Below are positions 54,633-64,000 of a stretch of 64,000 nucleotides of DNA, piece after piece. The stretch comes from Felis catus. Taxonomy: Eukaryota. Position numbers and translations under genes: made by a program. The notes below the pieces were generated by a model that did no database searches, had not been told where the DNA came from, and saw only the letters and a list, made by a program, of their open reading frames with translations. Location of the stretch: contig NC_058368.1 in assembly GCF_018350175.1 (NCBI RefSeq), forward strand, positions 51,585,815 through 51,649,814, in the 5' to 3' direction. How positions within the stretch are numbered: the first letter of the stretch is position 1; each line of letters begins with the position of its first letter.

Positions 54633-56316
54633 AAAAAATGTGAAAATAAGTGCTGATTTCTCCCTATCTATCTATGTATCGATGTGTCTATCTATGTATC
54701 AGCAGCATTTATTTTCATACTCTTTATGCTCTCCCCTGTGTTGCAGGACTGGAAGCTCTGAGAACCCTGTTTTTGAGATGCCTCTGCTTTTGGTTTTCTG
54801 GGTACAATTTATGTTCTGTCAATGAAATGAGCTCATGCAAGATCCCAAAGGTAACATATAGGCTCAATGAAACCGTGTATGAAAAAAAAGAACTTGTTTG
54901 CAATTATAGATAATAATTTTCCTAATTTATTGGTTTTTTAAGTTTAGAATTGTAAAGAGAGAACTTTCTCCCCTTTAAAGCAAGAAATCGCTGTTCAGCT
55001 TTCACTACAATGATTGAATCCTTTATTCGACAAAAAGGGAAATGAATTTTTTTCCCTGTAGCTGACTTTTTATGTGACATTGTTTGAGAGACTGAGCACA
55101 AAATTTTTAAACAGATGACAAGGCTGTCACCTTTGAGTGGCACAAATTTAGTAGCAACAGTGGAGTTTTTATTATGATTTCTTTTTAATATGAAACCCCA
55201 AAGTTATTCCTCTATTCCTTCATGATGAAATCGCATTGAGTGGCAACCTTAAGACAGTGATTAAGAGGAAAGGCGAATGTGAGAAAGGCAGTATAATTTT
55301 CATCTAAGAAACAGCGCTAGATTTGTGGGAAGGTAATTGTATGTATTACTGAGCTGTGTGATGATCCTCCCATTTGAAAAGTTCATCTCCAAGAAGCATT
55401 CAATCAGGAGAGCTATCAACAGATCTGGCCTTTGATAAACACATCCACTTTAATAGCAGTCTCTGAGATGAAAGGTTTGGATTCTTTCAAGGAAACACAA
55501 ATTCATGGTACTCCGGCTCTGCAGCCTGAAAATATGAAATTAAAACACTAGTATGCTGCCTTGAAAATCATCAAATTATGCTAGAATCTTACTTTTAGAC
55601 ACAAAAGGAAGACATTCGTAACACACAGCATGTTACTAATTCATCTCTCTTTATTCCTAAAATGATTTAAAGCAACTGGCAAGGATAGGAAAGTACTGCT
55701 TCTTGGCCTGATGTAAGGGATTGCCCAAGATAATCTGTAAGGTGTCTTCCATATTATACCTTTTATGAGAAATTTTGGGGAGTTTGTCTTTCAAAACTTC
55801 ATTATAATAGACCATAAGGCGAAGTCTTCATGATAAACCTCCTTATGTGGTGGTTAAGATAGACCTAAATTCATCCTAGAATCTACCTAGTATTTGGACT
55901 GTTGTGATTCTGAAGCTTACATGTACTCACAGAGTTGTAAATTTAACTCCTTGGAAAATTAGGAGACGAGGATTTTTTCTCTGTTCTTGTTACTAACTTA
56001 GTGAATTTGGCCAATGCTTGCCACTTTTCAATGGCACAAATCTGATAACAACAGGAGAGTGTTTTCTTACAATCTGTATATTACATAAGTTCTAAAACTG
56101 AGCTTCGTGATTTGGAGGGAAGGTAGTTAAGAGGACCGTTTACTTTTCATCTACTGAAACAATGCTTAACTTTTGAAAGGTAATTGTAGTATCACTGAAA
56201 AAAGTGGAGTTTCTTCCCTGACTAAATGGACTTCTCTTAAAGAAAGAGTGTCGGTTTTATCTTGTTGGGAAATTTTTCTAGCCCATATTTTATGTGTTTT
56301 AAAAAAAGAGCTTAGG

Positions 56317-56812
56317 TGGCATAATTCACAATGGCCAAAAGGCAGAAGTAACGCAAATGTCCATCAACAGATGAATGAAGGAACAAATGTGATCTATACA
56401 AACGTGGAATATTATTCAGCCTTAAAAAGGAAAGAAACTCTGACACATTCTACAACATGGGTGAACCTTGAGGACATTATGCTAAGTGAAATAAGCCAGT
56501 CACAAAAGGACAGACGTTGTATGATTTCACTTAGGCAAAGTACCTAGGATAGTCCGATTCATAGAGACAGAAAGTAGAATGGTGGTTCTAGTAGAAGGGC
56601 TGGAGGAGTGGCGATTGGGGAGCTGGTGTTTAATGAGTACAGAGTGTCAGTTTAGGAAGACGAACAAGTTCTGCAGATGGACGGTGGTGAGGGTTACACA
56701 ACAATGTGAACGTCCTGAAGCTATTGCGCTGTAAACTTAAACGTGGTTAAAGTAGAAATTTTATGTTATGTCTCTTTTATCCAAGTCAAAAAATTGTTTA
56801 AGAAAAAAAAAA
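56317..56812 (+). mobile_element. L1MB-like 3' end
   Basis: GTGAACCTTGAGGACATTATGCTAAGTGAAATAAGCCAGTCACAAAAGGAC...AGTTCTGCAGATGGACGGTGGTGA followed by A tail. Confidence 0.85.
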
Positions 56813-57663
56813 TTTTTAATGACTTCAACTGCATTTTCATGTTTACCCCTTGTCCTAGTTTAAGAGGGGCGTAAGTCCTGTTTCTCCAAAATTCTGTGTC
56901 TCTACTGCTTTAAGCGTGAATAAAATGTCGCCAATGGCTTTTTGCCTCATTTTAGGATGTCTCTTTTGGTAGCCATCAGCTCTGAGACAATCTTTGTGGC
57001 TCTGAATTCAGATAAAATTAGAATTATATTTAAGTTGCATCTTCCATGTGTTTTACAACTACAAATATGGACAGCAAATGAAAAATAATGCTACCATATT
57101 GGCAAGTTGCCTTTTGGAAAATTATACATATGACAGTTTATATAAAAGATGTGATAATACCATGTCTACTTAGTGAACACATTTTAAAATGGACATTTTG
57201 GCATCAAGTAAAAGATGCTTATAAAATATTTTCTTATTTTAACTGGGAACCCCAGTTATTGATGATATGCTTCTTGTTCCCCTATGAATATTTGACCAAA
57301 TTTTAATGTTCTTTTACATTTTTAGGGTGCTTAAAGTAAGCTAATAATGCCTGAAAAGTTGTTTATTTTTCTATTTATTTTGTTATAATAGCTCTCATGA
57401 ATACCTTTATTTGTCAAAGTTTCACGCCAATAGTACAAAAGTGAGAATGATTTTTCCATTTTTTAAAAGTAAAGTTATAATAATCTATCAAGTGTTTTAA
57501 AATTCAATTTCTCATCCAAAAACGTGCATGATATTTGTTTTAGAATAGGACTTACCCCCACCCTAGGCTGGTGGTGAAAGATAAAAGAGGACACCAAGCA
57601 CCTAGACATATTTTTGACAGAATATAAGCACCTTGAATTTTTCCTCTTAAATAGGACCTTTTT

Positions 57664-57915
57664 TTAAAAAAAAAAAGTTTTTTTTTTTTAACATTTATTT
57701 ATTTTTGAGAGACAGAGCACAACTGGGAGGAGGGGCAGAGAGAAAATGAGACACAGAACTGAAGCAGACTCCAGGCTCTGAGCTATCTGCACAGAGCCTG
57801 ATGTGGGGCTTGAACTCACAGGGCTTGAACTCGTGGGGCTTGAACTCACAAACCATGAGATCATGACCTGAGCTGAAGTTGGATGCTTAACTGACTGAGC
57901 CATGCAGGTGCTCCC
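57664..57915 (-). mobile_element. Can-SINE with triplicated B-box segment
   Basis: GGGCTTGAACTC at 57806, 57821 and 57836. Confidence 0.93.
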
Positions 57916-57932
57916 CTAAATAAGACCTTTTT

Positions 57933-58159
57933 TTTAATTAAAAAAAACTTTTTTTTCAACTTTTATTTATTTTTGGGACAGAGAGAGACAGAGCATGAAC
58001 GGGGGAGGGGCAGAGAGAGAGGGAGACACAGAATCGGAAACAGGCTCCAGTCTCTGAGCCGTCAGCCCAGAGCCCGACGCGGGGCTCGAACTCACGGACC
58101 GCGAGATCGTGACCTGGCTGAAGTCGGACGCTCAACCGACTGCGCCACCCAGGCGCCCC
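57933..58159 (-). mobile_element. Young Can-SINE (SINEC_Fc)
   Basis: TSD AATAAGACCTTTTT at 57919-57932 and 58160-58173. Confidence 0.96.
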
Positions 58160-58222
58160 AATAAGACCTTTTTAATGATGAGTTTGTTGTTAAGTTTTGA
58201 TAGAAATTTTTCATAAATTCTT

Positions 58223-58431
58223 TTTTTAATGTTTTTTTTAGAATTTATTTTTTGAGAGTGAGAGAAAGTGCAAGTGGGGAGGGGGCAGAGAGAAAAAGAA
58301 TGAGAGAGAATCCCAAGCAGGCTCCACACTTTCAGCATGGAGCCTTGATGTGGGGCTCAAACTCACAAACCGTGAGATGATGATCTGAGCCGAAGCCAGA
58401 CACTTAATCAACTGAGCCACCCAGGCGCGCC
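58223..58431 (-). mobile_element. Can-SINE
   Basis: TSD TTTCATAAATTCTT at 58209-58222 and 58432-58445. Confidence 0.95.
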
Positions 58432-58959
58432 TTTCATAAATTCTTAATTCTTTTATAGACAAACTAATTTAGAGTAAAATAACCTTTACAAAGAATAACC
58501 AATAACCTGTAATTTTGTACTGAATTTAAAGGTGAAAGCATTTGTAATGTAAGCACAAACACACTTGGAAGTTTCAGGAAAGTTATTAGCAGAGAAGTCC
58601 TGTTAAGTCATGAGTGGCAGCAGGGGCAAGGACAGGTGAGGCAGAACTTGTATCGTTAAATACATCTTGGGCAGCAGTGACCCTGGCTTTGGACAACATT
58701 CCTTATAATTATCTTTTTCTCCCAAATCAACTGCAAAATGTAGAGTTTCAAGTGCTCCCAGGAGATGGTTATGTCAGTGACAATGAATTTCATGGTGGAA
58801 AGTCTGTGTGATTGGAGTCTATTTGGAGTCAGTTATTTCCTCATGAATGGTTTGAATTTATTTTGGGTCAGTCTGAGTAAATGTCAAGTGCTTTTTCACA
58901 TGGCGAAAGTGAGCTCTTCTGTGGGCACTTCCTATGAAACCCAGATATCATGGCAAAGA

Positions 58960-59270
58960 TAGTTCCTCAGTCTTTCATGGGCAATTCCCCAAATCCAAAC
59001 TCTTCTGAAAACTCAGACTTTGTTTTTACAACTTCATTGATGGTATTATTGGAGCTGACCTGATGTAGCTATTTAGAGTTTTAACTAGTTCTACTTATTA
59101 TAAATATTTGTACATTGAACAGTGGAAATATTAATGTTTGACTACACATGCTGCTCTAGAGCCTGCCAGGAGTGTTCCATAATGTGATAATGTGCACAAA
59201 AATCAGAGCATTTCTGAATTCCCAAACACCTCTGACTATAAGGGACTCAGAAAAGGGATTTAGGTCTATA
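58960..59270 (-). mobile_element. MER46C-like Tigger MITE
   Basis: Minus strand start TAGACCTAAATCCCTTTTCTGAG...GTGTTTGGGAATTCAGAA resembles the recalled MER46C end. Confidence 0.65.
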
Positions 59271-59314
59271 CTATATAAATATTTGTGTTACTACTACTAA
59301 GTAATGATATTCTT

Positions 59315-61215
59315 TCATGAAACAAATATTTATTGTATGCATACTGTGACAGGCACTGCGCTGGGGTGGGATATACAATAGCAAGGAAAACATGTATAAT
59401 CCCTGCTGTCTAGTTGGGGAAACAATCACATGCACAGCTATATAATTATAGACATATCTCTGTCTATCTGTGTATCTGCATGTTATATATATTTATATAT
59501 ATCAGATATATATATATTATATATTATTGTATACAATATATCATGTACATATTAAATATGTGATTTATATAATTATAGATATATATTACAGATAATCACA
59601 TGTACAGGTATATAATTACAAATTGTATTAGATGGTATGAAAGAAAAGAACAGAGTTCAGGAAAAAATGGGGGAAGGTCCAATTTAGGTTGGTGGATCAG
59701 GGAGTATTTGAATGAAAACCTGAAGAGTTACAAGGAGTAGCAGGTGAAGGGGATGGGGAAAATAGCCCATCTAGAGGAAACAGGTTGTGCATAGGTACAG
59801 GGGTAGGAAAAATCTTGGCAAACAGGAAGGGTAGGAAAAGACCATATGCTTAGGGCATGGCAAGGGATAAGAAACTAAGATGAGATGAAGATTTAGAAGC
59901 AGCAGAGGCTAGATTATTCTGAATGGGCCATGGAAAAGACAAACGTATTTCTATTTGCTGACGAGTGATATAATCAAATTTAATTTTTAAATTATTCTAC
60001 GATATAATACGAATTCTAAGAATGAATTGGAATTGTGCAAATTGGAAGAAAAAAACATTTCAGGTGAGAGATGAAAAGAAGGAAAGAACGGAGTGAAGGA
60101 AATGGAGATGAAAAGAAAGAGAATCAAAAGTTAATCTAGAGAGAAGACTGGCAGGACTTAGTAATGGATTGGCCACAGCAGTTGAGGGAGAGGCTTGCTA
60201 TTTTCTGGATGAATGGAGGTGTCATTTGCCAAGAAGAAGAAGATTGGAATAGGAGTGTGTTGGTTGGGGCCGGGGTGAGGGGAGAGCAAGAGTTATGTCT
60301 TAGACACGTTAAGTTTGTGATGTCTGTATGATATCCAAGTGGACATGTCAAGTAGACATTTGGATACACAGATCTGGAGCTGAGATATAAATCTGGAGGC
60401 TATTAATTTGAGAGTTGTAATACAGATAGATTTAAAGCATAGGAACAGATGAGGATACTTAAAGAATGAAGACAGAGAAGAAGTTCAAAAACTGACCTTC
60501 AGCCTTGTTGAGGAATTTCAACATTTAAAAATCAGGTGGAAGAGGAAAAGGCAACAATGGGGAGTGAGAAGGGGTGGCCAGACTGGTAGGAGAGGAACCT
60601 GGTGACGGTGGCATCAAAAAATCCAGGGGCTCCTGGGTGGCTCAGTCAGTTGGGCATCTAACTCTTGATTTCGGCTTAGGTCATGATCCCAGGGTCACGG
60701 GATTGAGCCCCATGTTGGGCTCCATGCTGAGCTTGGAGCCTGCTTGATTCCACCCCCCCCCCCACCCCCCATCTCTCTCTTTCTCTATCCCTCTGTCCCT
60801 CCCCCAACTAAAATAAAAAAAAAATGTAAAAATACAGGAGAACGGGATTTAAGAAGCAAGTGCTCAAGAATGTTGAATGCTGTGAAGAAGTAGGAGAGAA
60901 GGGATCTGAATGGCTCTTCGTTTTTGACAAGTGAGTTATGCCTTTTGTGAGAGCAGTTTCCATAACCAAATTGGGTAGGTCAATTGGTGATAGGGTGGGG
61001 TGAGTTTTTGTTTGTCTGTTTGTTTGTTTTTGTTTTTGTTTTTCTCCAGAAGCTTAGTTTTGAGGGAGACACAGAGAAACAGAGACAAATAGAGATAGAT
61101 GCAGGGGCAAAGGGATTATTCAAAAGATAGGAGCTATGAGCGCATGCCTGAATATTGATGGGGACTAATGAGGAGAGAGAAAAAAATGCTGAAGATGCCT
61201 TGGAAAGAAGGGATT
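59315..61215 (-). mobile_element. L2 remnant, containing a TA-rich tract (59440-59620) and a SINE
   Basis: AACAAATATTTATTG...CTGTGACAGGCACTG terminus; GACACGTTAAGTTTG...ATCCAAGTGGACATGTCAAGTAGAC motif. Confidence 0.8.
60626..60827 (+). mobile_element. Can-SINE
   Basis: TSD AAAAAT(C/A)CAGG. Confidence 0.9.
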
Positions 61216-61877
61216 GAAGGAGTTGAGGCCAATGCTTACTCTGTATCAGGGTACCATGATACACTGGATACAGGATACAGAGACACTGTGATGTTACATA
61301 CATTAGCCCACTTTAAGCCTTACAACAGCACTACGAAAAAATATCGCAGTTATAACAAACACGTCATTAGAATCTAAATGGCTAGAAGTCCAGTGAGAAT
61401 GACTCCAGGTTACTCACATCTACTAGAAATATCCTCGGAGTTCAGAGGAAAGTGCAGATGTTTCTATACTGCTCCCCTTACTTGTCTTCCAGTCACTGCC
61501 AACTTTGTTCTCAGGAGGAACTCATGGAGTTCCTTCTTCCCTTGGTCTCCTCCTCATTCCCACATCATTCTCTGCCCTCTCCTTCAGTGCTGACTATATC
61601 ATTGTACTACTTTGACCTACACTGATGAGTTCTCTTTGCATTGTATCCCCCATTCTTGGGAAGCATCCATAAAGTCCAACAGAAGCTAATCTCGATCAGT
61701 TCACATAGTGCATCTTGGACTTACTCACTTAATGAAATGACTGTTGTGTGCTAGGTACTGTACTATATGGTGGTAAACAAACAGACATGGGGTTTATGGT
61801 CTAATGTGTGTGCATGGATGAGGGAGTGCAAAGGCTTAGTGAGTGAACCAGCAAATTATTTTAAAAAGATAATTTCA

Positions 61878-62097
61878 GGGGTGCCTGGGTGGCTCAGTCT
61901 GTTAAACGTCCGACTCTTAATTTCAGCTCAGATCATGATCTCAGGGTTGTGAAATCAGCCCTGTGTGGGGCTTGATGGGGAGTGAAGAGCTTCTCTGTGC
62001 CCCTCCCCCACATGCGTGTGCTCTCTCTTGCTCTCTCTCAAATAAATGAATAAAGAAATAAAGAAATAAATAAGCTTAAAGAAATAAGATAATTTCT
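61878..62097 (+). mobile_element. Can-SINE inside an L2 remnant
   Basis: TSD AAAAGATAATTTCAGG; an extra partial copy AAGATAATTTC at 62086-62096. Confidence 0.9.
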
Positions 62098-63736
62098 TTA
62101 AAAGATAATTTCAGGTTATGATGAATCTATGGAGGAAATAAACCAGAGCAATGTGGTGGAGAACTGAATATTTACTTCAGATTGGGAGGTCAGGAAAGTT
62201 CTGAATATTGTGCTAAAAGACCCCTCTCCACTGAGGGTGAGGATGGACACAAAGAGAACCCACCTTGACCTCCAGGGGAGAATGAGAAGAATCACAGGAG
62301 TTAAGGGGAAGGGGTCAAGGTCCAGCGCCCTACTGCCATTTCACAGATAAAGATGCTGAGGGCAGAATTATCTGGCCTGCTCAAGGCCCTTTGACTCAAA
62401 AGGGATAACATTACGATTCTAGCCTCTGTCTAGTTATTTCCTGAACAAAAGCACCAGTTCTAAGCCTACAGTATTCCCTGGGAAGCCTTGAACAGGCTGA
62501 TTTACCTGGCTCTACAAGTGAGGCTATTACCAAAATAAGCATCTTTGGGTAAAATGATTTATGTGCAAAAGTATCGTGACTCTTTTGGAGGCAATGGGCA
62601 ATGTCAAATCAAGATTTTCCCTGCCACACCATGTCATCATTGTGAAATGTCATTTTTTTAGACAGGTCTTAAAATTCTGCCAAAGGCCACTTAGTCTTTC
62701 CCTTCTCTTCTAGGAAGGAATGTGCCTAAATTTTCCCAGAAAAATGGGTGTTCCCTTCAGAGAAATAGATTGCTCAACCTTGCTCAGTGGCAGCCAACTA
62801 CAGAGAATCACAACAATTAAGGCAGGATTTGTTTTTTTTTTCATATCCTACCAAAAGTATTGCATAGAAATCCAGGGCTCTACATGGTGGTCTGTGTTTC
62901 ACCATTGCAGGAAGGGGTGCAGGAATTGCTATTGCTTGATTGGTGTGGCAGTCCCTTCAAGATTCCCACCAGATACCTGGAGAGTGCCATGAGGTATAAC
63001 TGTGGAGCATGGCCTGGGAAAATATGGAGAGGTGCTTCTTCTGGTTAGTCTTTTATCTTGAATACAGTTTAGGAGACTAAATGGAAATTGCCTACATAAA
63101 GCCAAGAAACAGCCTATCTGTTTTAAAAGAGAGAAAAGGGAATGCAATGATAATTACATGGTTAGAAAATAAGATTTATGAGGAAAGATTAGAGAAGATG
63201 GGGAAGGGTGAATAGAAGGCTGAAGGCATCAGATCCAAGATTGGTGCTTGTTTCTGTTTCCTCCCCATCGCTGGGCAGGACCTCAGATTCCCCTGAAAAT
63301 CCTCTGGAATACTTCAAGGAATCTCTCTAAGCTCTGCTTCCTACCTTCTTCTGGTGTCCTCTTCCCTTTCTCCCCCATTTCTTCATGCCTGGTTTATTTC
63401 TCCCTGTGGAAGCCTGTAGTTAATTGTCTTATTGAGCTGTGTTGTTTTCTGGCTCTCTATCCTTTTCATAAGAACCATTTGCCACTTCCATCTAGTGGTT
63501 AACTAAAAGAAGACCGTGTTGGTTTCTGGCACATAATTTTGCTTACTAAATGTTTTTTGAATTAAATATTCACAGTATCGTTGCCTTGGCTATCTTGTTA
63601 GTCTGGTGCTTCATGAGTGAATGACACAGAGAGAGAGAAAACAGAAAGTCTCTGTATTCACACCAATTCCCAGTAGCTTGATTTTCCCATTCCAGCTCAC
63701 ATCCATGAAGATCTTTCATCAATTTTCTCAGACTGT

Positions 63737-63905
63737 TGTATTAGTGGGGACAGGCCAACTGTTACAACACAGAATGCCAAAATTTGAAAGTTGAGAATTT
63801 GGATTGAAAATCCAAAATAAAAATTTGTCACTCATATTACAACCTTAGCCTGGCTGGCTGGCTTTACCAGGCAGGTGTCCTCCAAATAGCAATGTAGGCT
63901 TTAGA
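63737..63905 (-). mobile_element. Old MLT1-like LTR fragment
   Basis: TGTATTAGT...ACTGTTACAAC start. Confidence 0.45.
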
Positions 63906-63907
63906 TC

Positions 63908-64000
63908 CTTTTCTTTTCTTTCTTTAAATTTTTATTTAAATTCTAATTAGTTAACATACAGTGTGATATTGTTTTCAGGAGTAGAATTTAGTGATTCATC
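63908..64000 (-). mobile_element. Carnivore L1 3' tail, running off the window
   Basis: T-rich tail then TTAGTTAACATACAGTG...TTTCAGGAGTAGAATTTAGTGATTCATC. Confidence 0.88.

Overview
This is AT-rich mammalian non-coding DNA from a felid (cat-family) genome, recognised from tRNA-derived Can-SINEs of the SINEC_Fc type and carnivore L1 sequence. I recognise no intact protein-coding gene or RNA gene. Nearly all ORFs in the track are repeat or microsatellite artefacts; the only real protein homology is decayed L1 ORF2. The window holds about 31 Can-SINEs (many with readable target-site duplications, TSDs), several L1s, two clean ERV1-type solo LTRs (33527-33829, 52340-52724), older LTRs (LTR40-, MER21-, MLT1-like), DNA-transposon fossils (MER63B-, MER3-, MER46C-like), MIR/L2 remnants and microsatellites. 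The most interesting signals are a young CpG-rich solo LTR, a three-layer twin-primed/nested L1 at 53.3-54.6 kb, an inferred deletion breakpoint at ~23190, a CpG-retaining domain at ~52-57 kb, repeated reuse of identical SINE target sites, and a minus-strand bias of LTRs/SINEs suggesting an intron of a + strand gene. I do not see evidence for a new biological system. Repeat family names come from recalled consensus sequences, not a database search.
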